The position numbers and the translations under genes are program-made. Under the pieces are notes generated by a model that was not told the DNA's origin, ran no database searches, and saw nothing but the letters and a program-made list of their open reading frames with translations. This document shows positions 19,486-28,652 of a DNA stretch of 64,000 nt, one piece after another. Each line of letters starts with the position of its first letter. Within the stretch, counting starts at the first letter, position 1. Location of the stretch: assembly GCA_963977015.1 (NCBI GenBank), contig CAXBMO010000002.1, forward strand, positions 96,001 through 160,000, in the 5' to 3' direction. The stretch comes from an uncultured bacterium. Lineage in GTDB: Bacteria > Verrucomicrobiota > Verrucomicrobiia > Verrucomicrobiales > DEV007.

Positions 19486-20049
19486 TTAGGATTCGGTCAT
19501 CAATTCACGCAGCCTTTTGAGACCGTGATGGAGCAAATAACCCACGTTTCCGACCGTGAGCTTGGTTAGTTCGCTGATTTCCTTGTAGCTGAGGTCAGCC
19601 TGAAACTTGAGGCGAATGACTTCCCGCTGATTGGCGGGAAGGCGATCGAGGAACTCCAACGCTCGGCTATGGGAGTCCTGGCGTTCGACCAGCTTGGAGG
19701 GATTGGGTTGCGCATCGTCGCGGTAGGTTTCCAAAATCTCGGTATCGGTCACCGTCATTCGCTTGTTCTTGCGAAGAATATCCAGCGAGCGATTCCGACA
19801 AACGGTGAAGAGCCATGCCTTCAGGTTCTCGGGCTGATTCGATTTGAGCTCCCGATGCAGCTTGACGAAGGTTTCCTGAACCACATCGCGAGCCAGGTCC
19901 CAATCGGAGAGCAGGCTGTGGGCGTATCCCAAAAGCGGCTTCTCATACTCAGCCATGGCATCGCGCAACACGTCCGGGTTGGACGGCTGGGCATCTGCTG
20001 AGGGCTGAGGAAAGCTTTCCACCGCCAAATTGAGGGCTGACGTCGACAT
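19486..20049 (-). CDS. ECF-type RNA polymerase sigma factor
   Basis: Region 2 ARDVVQETFVKL...KAWLFTVCRN and region 4 LPANQREVIRL...LSYKEI; start placed at MSTSAL. Confidence 0.92.
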   Translation of the reverse strand: MSTSALNLAVESFPQPSADAQPSNPDVLRDAMAEYEKPLLGYAHSLLSDWDLARDVVQETFVKLHRELKSNQPENLKAWLFTVCRNRSLDILRKNKRMTVTDTEILETYRDDAQPNPSKLVERQDSHSRALEFLDRLPANQREVIRLKFQADLSYKEISELTKLTVGNVGYLLHHGLKRLRELMTES

Positions 20050-20076
20050 CGATCGCTCTTCGGGGGGAAAACGCAT

Positions 20077-20102
20077 GAAACAGGGCCGTCTTAGAAAGTT
20101 TC
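20077..20102. promoter_or_regulatory. Symmetric GAAAC-N16-GTTTC element, candidate ECF promoter between divergent sigma and GNAT genes
   Basis: GAAAC (20077-20081) and GTTTC (20098-20102) read the same on both strands; resembles the AAC-N16/17-GT(T) pattern of many ECF promoters. Confidence 0.35.
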
Positions 20103-20141
20103 TCGATCCTCGTTGATTGATACCCGATAGTCGAGCCTGCA

Positions 20142-20603
20142 ATGACCGACTTACTCGTCAAACTCTACGATCTCCCCGCCGCGCCAGAGGTGGAAAACTG
20201 CGAAATCCGTCGTGCGCTGACGCCGGAAAGGGGTGTGGCAATGACTTGGGTGGAGGAGCATTTCACACCGGGTTGGGCGCAGGAGGTTGCGTCGGCGTTC
20301 GCCGGGCAACCCGTCCGATGCCTATTCGCGATCGAGAACGGCAATTTGTTGGGATTTTCCTGCTTCAATACAACGTTCCAGGGATTTTTTGGACCGGTCG
20401 GAGTCGCGGACTCTGCCCGCGGACGTGGAATTGGCACCGCGCTCACGATTCGGGCGCTCGAGGCGATGCGTGAGGAAGGCTTCGCCTACGGCATCATTGG
20501 CGCCACCAAAGCCGAGGACTACTACGAACGATTTTTGGGCGCCATCCGGATTCCCGATTCCTGGCCGGGCGCCTACCGCGGGATGCTCAATACGCGAGGT
20601 TAG
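20142..20603 (+). CDS. GNAT family N-acetyltransferase
   Basis: FGPVGVADSARGRGIGTAL acetyl-CoA binding motif A. Confidence 0.88.
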   Translation: MTDLLVKLYDLPAAPEVENCEIRRALTPERGVAMTWVEEHFTPGWAQEVASAFAGQPVRCLFAIENGNLLGFSCFNTTFQGFFGPVGVADSARGRGIGTALTIRALEAMREEGFAYGIIGATKAEDYYERFLGAIRIPDSWPGAYRGMLNTRG

Positions 20604-21340
20604 CGCCCCACGATTACCGGCACCACCCAACGGACCGCCACGTTGCTACTCAGCGGCTCAAACAGGTTGTTGGGTCCGAGGGGATCGTCTTCGCCCCAAT
20701 ACAGATCGATCTGGCTTTGAAACAGACCGCCCCCGGTGTCCGCCGTCTCGAATTCGCTGCCTCCAAAGCAATTGTAAATCTGAGGATCGAGCACTTTCAG
20801 GGGAATCCCCTTTTTGAAAATCCGGCTGCTGCGATGAACCGCCGCTGATTTGCGATCAATCAACGTATTGTTGCGATTGCCCAGCGGGCGCGTTCCGTAG
20901 CCCCATCTCCCATCGTATTTCAGGTAGTTGCTTCCGCGACTCGTCGGCGTTTCCATCCGACCGAAACCTTCCATGATCGTGGCGCGAATGAAGGATTTCG
21001 GGAACTTCCGGCTTCCCAGACTGCTTCGGCCTTCCGGAGTGACATCAAATCCTCGTTCCGCAGTGAAACCCGATTCCCGCGGAGTGTAATACACCGTGCA
21101 AAAAAAATAGTAAACCGGCGGATGCTTGCCTTCGATCGCCAAATAATGCTGCTGAACGGTATTGAAGTGCTCGGAGAACGTTCGCGGCCCCACGGAAACC
21201 TCCGCATCGCTGCCGATCCTGGCAAACTCCTCCGGATCCTGAAACAGACCTTCGCGCGGCTCGGGAACGTGAAGAAGCGGGCTTGCGCTCGAAATCCCAA
21301 CGAGCATCAGCGCAAAGATCGAAATGGTGAACAGCTGCAT
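20600..21340 (-). CDS. Exported 3D-domain (MltA-like) putative lytic transglycosylase
   Basis: Signal peptide; TVYYTP...SAAVH...ADTGGG...QIDLYWG resembles the 3D-domain pattern; the first Asp position reads His. Confidence 0.6.
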   Translation of the reverse strand: MQLFTISIFALMLVGISSASPLLHVPEPREGLFQDPEEFARIGSDAEVSVGPRTFSEHFNTVQQHYLAIEGKHPPVYYFFCTVYYTPRESGFTAERGFDVTPEGRSSLGSRKFPKSFIRATIMEGFGRMETPTSRGSNYLKYDGRWGYGTRPLGNRNNTLIDRKSAAVHRSSRIFKKGIPLKVLDPQIYNCFGGSEFETADTGGGLFQSQIDLYWGEDDPLGPNNLFEPLSSNVAVRWVVPVIVGR

Positions 21341-21435
21341 GGGGTCGAGTTTATCTGCATCTGTTGGGGATTCAAACCTTGAACCGCAGATCAGAAGCCG
21401 GTGGACCCGGGACCGGGTTCAAGATAGCTTCAACG

Positions 21436-22650
21436 ATGGAACTGCTGGAGAAACTCCAATTCCTTCTCAACGAACTCAGCTCGAACCCCTTTTATCGCGA
21501 TCGGCTTCCCCGATCGATTGAGGATTTGGAGGACTTTCGCCAAAAAGTGGGCTTTACCACGAAGAACGAGATCGTGCAGGATTGCCGAGATCATCCACCT
21601 TTTGGGTCGAATTTGACCTACCCGCTCGGGCAATACACCCGATTCTGCCAAAGTAGCGGGACGACGGCCGGCCCCCTTCCCTCCCTCGATACCCCCGAAA
21701 GCTGGGGCAGCCTGCTCGACGTCTGGGATCAGGTTTACGAGCATTCCGGCGTGACAACGGACCAATCCATCTTTTTCGCGTTTTCATTTGGCCCGTTCCT
21801 GGGTTTTTGGACGGCCTTTGATGCGGCGACGCGACGTGGAAATCTCTCCATTCCCGGTGGCGGGTTGAGCAGTGAGGCCCGAATCCAGACGATGGCGAGA
21901 TATGGCGCGGACGTCCTCTGCTGCACGCCGACGTATGCGATTCGACTGGGAGAAGTGCTTTCCGAACAACCTCGCGAACTCCGCGATGCGATCCGGATCC
22001 GGCGAATTCTCGTGGCGGGCGAACCGGGAGGTTCCATCCCTGCCACTCGGGCAAAAATCGAGAAGCTCTGGCCTGGCGCCAAAGTCTGGGATCATCACGG
22101 CATGACCGAAGTTGGCCCGGTGAGCTACCAGGTCGCTGGCGCGATGGAAAGCCTCATGGTGCATGAAGACGCCTTCTTCGCGGAAGTGATTGATCCCGAA
22201 ACGCAACGTGAAGTCGAGGACGGCCAGCAGGGCGAGCTGATCCTGACCACTCTCAACCGGATTGCGAAACCTCTCGTCCGCTATCGAACGGGTGATCTTG
22301 TCTGCAAGAGACGAATCAACGGTCAGCTCTGCCTCGAAGGCGGGATCCTGGGCCGGGTCGATGACATGACCATCGTCCGCGGAGTCAATATTTACCCTTC
22401 GGCAATCGAGAGAATTGTTCGCCAGTTTGATGACGCGGTCGAGTTTCAGGTGATCGAGACCGTCCGCGATTCGATGGCCGAGCTTCTTCTCGTGATTGAA
22501 CCCGCTCCGGGAGCGGACGGACCTGTGCTCGCTGAAAAAATGGCAGGCGAACTCAACACCGCATTTTCGCTGCGAATTCCGGTCAAGCTGGCAAAGGAGG
22601 GTGAGCTTCCGCGCCATGAATTCAAGTCGAATCGGTGGATCAGATCCTAA
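21436..22650 (+). CDS. Phenylacetate-CoA ligase family (PaaK-like) adenylate-forming enzyme
   Basis: SSGTT P-loop, TPTY, AGEPG, HGMTE, RYRTGD, GRVDDMTIVRGVNIYPS. Confidence 0.9.
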   Translation: MELLEKLQFLLNELSSNPFYRDRLPRSIEDLEDFRQKVGFTTKNEIVQDCRDHPPFGSNLTYPLGQYTRFCQSSGTTAGPLPSLDTPESWGSLLDVWDQVYEHSGVTTDQSIFFAFSFGPFLGFWTAFDAATRRGNLSIPGGGLSSEARIQTMARYGADVLCCTPTYAIRLGEVLSEQPRELRDAIRIRRILVAGEPGGSIPATRAKIEKLWPGAKVWDHHGMTEVGPVSYQVAGAMESLMVHEDAFFAEVIDPETQREVEDGQQGELILTTLNRIAKPLVRYRTGDLVCKRRINGQLCLEGGILGRVDDMTIVRGVNIYPSAIERIVRQFDDAVEFQVIETVRDSMAELLLVIEPAPGADGPVLAEKMAGELNTAFSLRIPVKLAKEGELPRHEFKSNRWIRS

Positions 22651-22695
22651 CAGTTTTCTGATTGAAAACTGCGGACGAAGATCGGACCTTTCGCG

Positions 22696-23133
22696 ATGAA
22701 AATCAGCCCCGTTTTTCTCAGTATCGTTCTTGCTGTGTTGCTCAGTTCCTGCGCCGGCCCCAGGTTCCACAAACAGTGGGAAGCGGCTCTCAATGATCCA
22801 TCAGAGCCAGGCTCCATTGCCGGCGCGTGGGAAGGAAGTTGGTTGAGCGAGAAAAACGGACATACCGGAAAGCTCAAGGCCATCGTCGATGAAACCGGCG
22901 AGAATACCTACAAATTCCTCTATTGGGCAACCTGGGGCCCCGGCATGAGGGGAACGTTTCAGATTGATTGTGAGGGAGAGGAAAAAGGCGGCGTCACAAC
23001 CGTCCGAGGCAAAAAGAAGTTGGGACCGTTTGGCACCTATCAGCACGCTGCGGAAATCACGGAAACGGATTTCGACGCGACCTTCAGCTCTGAGAAGGAA
23101 AATCTGGGCACGTTTGAGCTGATTCGCCCCTGA
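22696..23133 (+). CDS. Hypothetical lipoprotein
   Basis: Lipobox LLSSC; beta-rich body with GAWEGSWLS. Confidence 0.75.
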   Translation: MKISPVFLSIVLAVLLSSCAGPRFHKQWEAALNDPSEPGSIAGAWEGSWLSEKNGHTGKLKAIVDETGENTYKFLYWATWGPGMRGTFQIDCEGEEKGGVTTVRGKKKLGPFGTYQHAAEITETDFDATFSSEKENLGTFELIRP

Positions 23134-23140
23134 CCGGCAA

Positions 23141-23728
23141 TCAGGAATCCAGATACTTCTGGAGATTCTCCTTCAACTGCCCGCGAGCCCGGAAAATCAG
23201 GCTTTTGACCGCGCTCAAGGACAATCCCAGCACTTCGCCAATGTCCTCGTAGGGCATATCCTCGTAACGACGGAGAATCACGGCCAAGCGTTGTTTTTCC
23301 GGTAACTCCTGAATCGCGGCATCCACCGCCGCTTCCAATTCTTTCTGCAGGGTTTCTTCGTCCGGCCGCATTCCCTCATCGACGGAACTGGAAAGGTGAT
23401 GCTCCTCTTCCCGTTCATCGAGCGAAACAGAGGGCTTGCGCTGTCGGCGTCGCACCTCGTTGAACACCAGATTCCGGGTAATCGTATACATCCAGGTTGT
23501 AAACTTGGCCTGCGGCGTGTAGCGAGCAGCCGATTTCCAGATTCTCACGAAAACCTGTTGAGCGACGTCTTCCGCGTCACTCGGATTCCCCAACATCTTG
23601 GCGACCGTTCCAACCACCGCATGTTGGTGCATATCAACCAATTGCTCAAATGCCACCATGTCCCCATTCCCAATCCTGACCATCAATTCGATGCTTCGAT
23701 CATTTTGATCCTCTTCCGGGTTATCCAT
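23141..23728 (-). CDS. ECF-type RNA polymerase sigma factor (SigW/RpoE-like)
   Basis: DAEDVAQQVFVRIW...FTTWMYTITRN; LPEKQRLAVILR...YEDIGEVLG...VKSLIFRAR. Confidence 0.93.
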   Translation of the reverse strand: MDNPEEDQNDRSIELMVRIGNGDMVAFEQLVDMHQHAVVGTVAKMLGNPSDAEDVAQQVFVRIWKSAARYTPQAKFTTWMYTITRNLVFNEVRRRQRKPSVSLDEREEEHHLSSSVDEGMRPDEETLQKELEAAVDAAIQELPEKQRLAVILRRYEDMPYEDIGEVLGLSLSAVKSLIFRARGQLKENLQKYLDS

Positions 23729-23883
23729 GAATTTTCTACTGGGGACGCAAGCTAGCAATGGCAACTTTCGAAGCAAACGTAAGTTTTCCGCGAGAGTAGA
23801 CGCATGAGTCCCACTTGGGTTTCGTAGAAATTCGCGAGGAGAAAACCGATCCTTGAGAAACCCTACAATCGTATCTACTCTCG

Positions 23884-24900
23884 GTGCTTTTTGTGAACGA
23901 TTACGCTTTCCTCAAAACTGATTCGGGGCAGTTCGTTTGCGGATTTGGCCCTTTTTCCGAATCCGCGACGCCCTGCGAGTCGGGCGTGGCGTTTTACGTG
24001 AATGACTTCGAGTTGAGCGATCCCAGGCCGTGGAAGATTCCCGCCCGGTTTGAAATGACTCCTGATCTGGAGCCGGTGAAGAACGAGGTCGCGAACCAGG
24101 ACGAGCCCCAGATTGAGTGGCAGACGTTGCAGAACGGCCTGTTCCAAAACGTGTATGAGGACATCATGCAGGATATCCGGTCAGGGCTCCTGGAAAAGTC
24201 CGTTCCCGTGCTGACGGAACGTGGTCGGCTCCTCAAGGGAAACCTCGAAACGCTGATTCATTCGGTCGATCACCTGCCGGCGCCCTACTTCAGCTACGGT
24301 TTCCGGCTGGGTGCGTCGGGATGCATCGGGGCCTCTCCAGAACTGCTCTTTGCCCTGCACGGCCATCAACTGACGACGATGGCACTGGCCGGAACCGCTC
24401 CAACTTCGCAAGAGACGCGATTCGAGAAGGATGAGAAGGAGATCAACGAGCACGAGTTTGTCGCCGAGTATCTGATTCAGAAACTGGGAGGACTTGGCAT
24501 TGTGGATCGCGAGCCGCGCAAGCTACTGACCTTGGGGACAATCGCCCACTTTCACTCGCCGATTCACGTGGACTTGGAACAACCCCAGGAGCTTGACTCC
24601 CTGATTCGGTTGATGCATCCCACCCCGGCACTCGGTTCTTTCCCCCGAAACAAGGTGGCACTCGGGAAACTGAAGACCTATCGCGCCCAACTGAAAGCTC
24701 CGCCCCGGTTCGGCGCTCCATTTGGCGTTTGGGTCGAAGGAGCCTTCCATGCGGTCGTTGCGATTCGAAACATCAGCTGGCACGACGAGGACGTTTTTCT
24801 GCCATCGGGAGTTGGGGTCGTTCGGAAAAGCGTGTTCGAAAACGAGTGGCGGGAACTGGAGTTGAAGCGAAACGCGGTTCGGGAAACGCTGGGCCTATGA
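23884..24900 (+). CDS. Chorismate-binding protein, isochorismate synthase (MenF-like)
   Basis: GASPELL, MALAGT, KEINEHEFV, MHPTPALG, VAIRN, GVGVVRKS...EWREL..KR. Confidence 0.85.
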   Translation: MLFVNDYAFLKTDSGQFVCGFGPFSESATPCESGVAFYVNDFELSDPRPWKIPARFEMTPDLEPVKNEVANQDEPQIEWQTLQNGLFQNVYEDIMQDIRSGLLEKSVPVLTERGRLLKGNLETLIHSVDHLPAPYFSYGFRLGASGCIGASPELLFALHGHQLTTMALAGTAPTSQETRFEKDEKEINEHEFVAEYLIQKLGGLGIVDREPRKLLTLGTIAHFHSPIHVDLEQPQELDSLIRLMHPTPALGSFPRNKVALGKLKTYRAQLKAPPRFGAPFGVWVEGAFHAVVAIRNISWHDEDVFLPSGVGVVRKSVFENEWRELELKRNAVRETLGL

Positions 24901-27117
24901 CGTCATGGCACCTCGCATCGTGAAGTAGAACGTCGTTCCGCTCCCTTCTTCCGATTCCAACCAAATCGAGCCGCCATGCCGCTCGACGATCTTGTTCACC
25001 ACGGCAAGCCCGATGCCGGTCCCTTCGTATTCCTCGCGGGAGTTGAGGCGTTGGAAGATTTTGAAGATGCGCTCCTTATAATCCTTCTTGATACCGATTC
25101 CATTGTCACGAACCGAAAAGCACCATTTCCCGTCTCGTGGTTTTGCCGAAACGTGAACTTTCGGGGTTTGCCCTGGCTGTGTGAATTTGATCGCGTTCGC
25201 CAACAGGTTCTGCATCAGTTGAACGAACTGCGTTTGATCGGCCGAGACCATCGGAAGTGGATCGTGGGTAACCTCGGCCCCGGATTCCCGAATCGCTTCC
25301 TGCAGATTCTTTAAAGCGTCGTTCATCACCTGTTCCGCATGAATTGGCTGTAGATCCTGCTGCTTGGAGCCAACCCGCGAATAGGTAAGCAGGTCATTGA
25401 TGAGACGTTGCATGCGATTCGCGCCATCCACGGCATAATTGATGAAGTCTTGAGCGGAATCGTCGAGCTTGTCCTTGTAGCGCCGTTCCAGCAATTTTAC
25501 GTAGCTCGCCACCATCCGAAGCGGTTCCCGCAAATCATGGGAGGCGACATAGGCAAACTGTTCCAACTCCCGCACCGAATGCTCCAAACGCGCTTCATAT
25601 TGCTTGCGGGAATCAACGTCAGTAATTGATCCCGCCATTCGGGTTGGCGCACCTTCCCCGAGCCCACGAACGGCTCGACCACGGGTATGAAACCACCGGT
25701 AATTGCCATCGCGAAGCCGAAGGCGAAACTCTTGGTCAAACATGGTCTCGTTCGAGTTCCCGTTTTGGACATGGGACTGGAGGGCTTCGAGCACGCCGCC
25801 TTTCTCCTCCGGATGCAGCCGGCTTTCCCACGCTTCAAAGGAATCCTCAAACTCATCGGGCTGATACCCCAGCAACTCCTTAAAACGATCGGAAAAGTAG
25901 ACGTGGTTGCTGTTGATATCCCAATCCCAGATTCCGGCCGCGGAGCCGCTTACCGCGAGCTCAAAGCGCTCCTTGCTGCTCTGCAATTGGGCGGTGCGCT
26001 TCTCGACCGTTTCCTCCAGCGAGCGGTTCGCGACGGTCAACTGCTTGGCCATCAAGTTAAAGGCATCGGCAAGATCCGCGATTTCATCCCTCCCATCCAC
26101 CACCGCACGGTGATCGTAATCGCCGCTCTCAATAATGTGGGCTGAGCGGGTCAGCCTTTCGACCGGCCGCAGAATCGTTGACGCCAGAAACCAGGATACA
26201 CCGCCTACCATCACCACGGTTAGGCAGGCGATCACCACGGTCAGCCTTCGCAATCGAACAATCGGACCAAGCGCTTCGCTTCGATCCACTTTCGCCTCGA
26301 GGCCCAATCGGCCGAGTTCAATGGATCGCGCCACCGACAGGACTTTTTCTCCGCGATAATCGACGACGTTGCTGTTGGCCTCCCCGGATTTGGACAACGC
26401 CGCGATGATGGGATTGCCGGTTTCTTGAACGGTTCGGCTGAACGCGGCTTTGGGATCAAAACGAGTTGGAGTCAAGAAGGTCGCACTTCCGTCCGGCTCG
26501 GCCCGCGCCAAAATGAGTTCACCGGTTTCGCCAAGCCCTTCCCTGGATGCGACGACCGCGACGAGTTCGCTTGCATCAATTTCAGCGGCAACCACGCCAA
26601 GCACCGAACCTTGCGATGCCACGGGACCGATTACCATCGTCGTTAGCTCGCCATCCGTCCCCGGATAGAATTCACCAATCACCGGGTTGTCGAGAGCCGT
26701 CTCAAAATACCCCTTCCGCGATATGTCCTTCAGCGTCTCCGGAGCAGCCTTGGTAGACGCGATTAAAGAGCCATTCGAATCGTAGACGGAAACAGAGATC
26801 AACCCGTGAGCAAGGTTTCCTGCTCGAATAACCTGCGCAATGGTCGCCTCCACATCGCCTCCACCTCTGGAGATGCCACCGTTCATCAATGCCGAACGCA
26901 GCTGTGGGCGACCGCTCAACAATCTGACTTTTTCCAGCTTCTGGTTGAGGATATCCGTTACCCTGGCGGCCTGAATTGAGGCGACGGAATCCAATTGCAA
27001 CAGAAACCGATCCTCAAGTGTCTGACGGGCTTTGGCATATCCCAGCAAACCGGCAATGAGGAATGGCAGCATGGCGATCAGGAACAACGCCAATTGGATT
27101 TTCCAACGTAACTTCAT
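24895..27117 (-). CDS. Membrane sensor histidine kinase (Cache-like, HAMP, PAS/PAC, HisKA, HATPase)
   Basis: Two TM helices; GRDEIADLADAFNLM (HAMP); GIWDWD...WESRLHPEE (PAS); H-box ASHDLREPL; NLLANAIKF, DNGIGI, GTGIGL. Confidence 0.93.
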   Translation of the reverse strand: MKLRWKIQLALFLIAMLPFLIAGLLGYAKARQTLEDRFLLQLDSVASIQAARVTDILNQKLEKVRLLSGRPQLRSALMNGGISRGGGDVEATIAQVIRAGNLAHGLISVSVYDSNGSLIASTKAAPETLKDISRKGYFETALDNPVIGEFYPGTDGELTTMVIGPVASQGSVLGVVAAEIDASELVAVVASREGLGETGELILARAEPDGSATFLTPTRFDPKAAFSRTVQETGNPIIAALSKSGEANSNVVDYRGEKVLSVARSIELGRLGLEAKVDRSEALGPIVRLRRLTVVIACLTVVMVGGVSWFLASTILRPVERLTRSAHIIESGDYDHRAVVDGRDEIADLADAFNLMAKQLTVANRSLEETVEKRTAQLQSSKERFELAVSGSAAGIWDWDINSNHVYFSDRFKELLGYQPDEFEDSFEAWESRLHPEEKGGVLEALQSHVQNGNSNETMFDQEFRLRLRDGNYRWFHTRGRAVRGLGEGAPTRMAGSITDVDSRKQYEARLEHSVRELEQFAYVASHDLREPLRMVASYVKLLERRYKDKLDDSAQDFINYAVDGANRMQRLINDLLTYSRVGSKQQDLQPIHAEQVMNDALKNLQEAIRESGAEVTHDPLPMVSADQTQFVQLMQNLLANAIKFTQPGQTPKVHVSAKPRDGKWCFSVRDNGIGIKKDYKERIFKIFQRLNSREEYEGTGIGLAVVNKIVERHGGSIWLESEEGSGTTFYFTMRGAMTS

Positions 27118-27213
27118 CGAACACGCAGCACGAGAGTAGGACTCTGGTGGAAGATGGGCAAAGCTATATGAAGTGCCCCATGGCAAGCAACCTTGAATCG
27201 CCGAAACCTCTGA

Positions 27214-27939
27214 TCATGACGTTGGTTTTTCGAACACCATGAAATGTTGGCTCGGAAGAAATGTCCTCGTTTCTTTCCAAACAAGCCCGACTGCTTCCAT
27301 TTCGCGTTTCGACTGGGCTTCCGTCATTTTGTGAAGCGGTTTGATCGGCACTTCCGGGTCTTCGCCCCGATACTCCAACAGGACGACCCGGCCTCCCGGT
27401 TTGAGTCCTTTGAAAATCGACTCCATCATCTCGCGTGGATGCGAAAATTCGTGGTAGGCATCCACCATGAGGACGACGTCAACTTCCCCCTCGGGCAATT
27501 TCGTGTCCTCGATTTCCCCCTGATGTGCGACCACGTGATCGAGATTCTTGGCCCCGGCCCGAAGCGTAATAAAATTGAGCATTGCCTCCTGAATATCGAC
27601 CGCCAACACCTTCCCCTCCGGCACGTGCGGCGCGATGCGAAACGTAAAGTAGCCACTGCCCGCACCAATGTCCGCGACCACGTCGGTCGGCCGAAGATCC
27701 ATGTTCTTCACCACTTCCTCGGGAAGTTCCTCGCGTTCTCGCTCCGGCCGTTCCAGCCAACGAATGGCGCCATGCCCAACCACGTGAGAAATCTCCCGCC
27801 CCATGTAAACCTTGCCAATTCCGTCGCGACTGGCGGGTTTGGTTGAGTAATGACTCGGAAGGGAATTTTCCTGCGCGAATCCCGTGCAGAGAGGGAACAC
27901 GATCCAAAGCAAACAGGTGCGAATCTTGGGGTTTATCAT
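27214..27939 (-). CDS. Exported class I SAM-dependent methyltransferase-like protein
   Basis: Signal-like N-terminus; VADIGAGSGYF, AVDIQ, VDAYHEF, LKPGGRV. Confidence 0.88.
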   Translation of the reverse strand: MINPKIRTCLLWIVFPLCTGFAQENSLPSHYSTKPASRDGIGKVYMGREISHVVGHGAIRWLERPEREREELPEEVVKNMDLRPTDVVADIGAGSGYFTFRIAPHVPEGKVLAVDIQEAMLNFITLRAGAKNLDHVVAHQGEIEDTKLPEGEVDVVLMVDAYHEFSHPREMMESIFKGLKPGGRVVLLEYRGEDPEVPIKPLHKMTEAQSKREMEAVGLVWKETRTFLPSQHFMVFEKPTS

Positions 27940-27976
27940 CGCGGCAACCAAGCATGGTTCCCTTGGGGAAGCACGC

Positions 27977-28585
27977 TCAGATTTCCTTGCGTTTCAGCAC
28001 GGCTACGTGCCGGTCGACCGACTTGCCGCGAGTCTGTAACTTCCGGGAAACCTCATTGCGAGCCGAAATGATGGTCTCGCCGCCCTGTCCCTCGATCGCA
28101 GCCAAAGCCTGTTCGTGCTCTTTGTCGAAGTAGGACGTGATGATGAGGCGGCCGTCAGGCGACAGCTTTTCGAGAGCCTTGTGATAGATCTCCTCCCAGG
28201 TCCTCTGTCCATTCCACAGGTTTTGATGCCGCATAAAGATCACATCAAATTTCCCGGGCAATTCCTGATGTGTATCGAGCTTCCTCGCATCGCCATTCAA
28301 AAACTCGTAATCGATCGATGTCTGATTGTTCCCGTTGGCTTCTTTTCGAAACCGGGCAGCCGCGTCCGCGATTTCGCGCGCACGGATGTCCATCCCGGTT
28401 AGCTTCAAACTTCCGGCACTGCCTGGAGCCTTCAGACTCGCCAGAAACTGGGTCAGCGTTTCCGCTTCATCACAGGCGCCGCAGGCGAGGTCGAGGACTT
28501 GGAGATCCTCGGTGTGAACCAGTTTTTCCAGAAACCTGGCGTCCTTGTCGACGACTCGCTTCAGCATCGTTTCGAGACGATGCAT
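27977..28585 (-). CDS. Class I SAM-dependent methyltransferase
   Basis: VLDLACGAC, GMDI, GDA, FDVIF, LSPDGRLII; the upstream part of the tracked ORF overlaps the next gene and was trimmed. Confidence 0.78.
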   Translation of the reverse strand: MHRLETMLKRVVDKDARFLEKLVHTEDLQVLDLACGACDEAETLTQFLASLKAPGSAGSLKLTGMDIRAREIADAAARFRKEANGNNQTSIDYEFLNGDARKLDTHQELPGKFDVIFMRHQNLWNGQRTWEEIYHKALEKLSPDGRLIITSYFDKEHEQALAAIEGQGGETIISARNEVSRKLQTRGKSVDRHVAVLKRKEI

Positions 28586-28652
28586 ATCTTCCTGGATTTT
28601 TTCGTTCACGCGAATTCCTGAAGCCAAACGCTCCCAATTGCAACCCACACTG

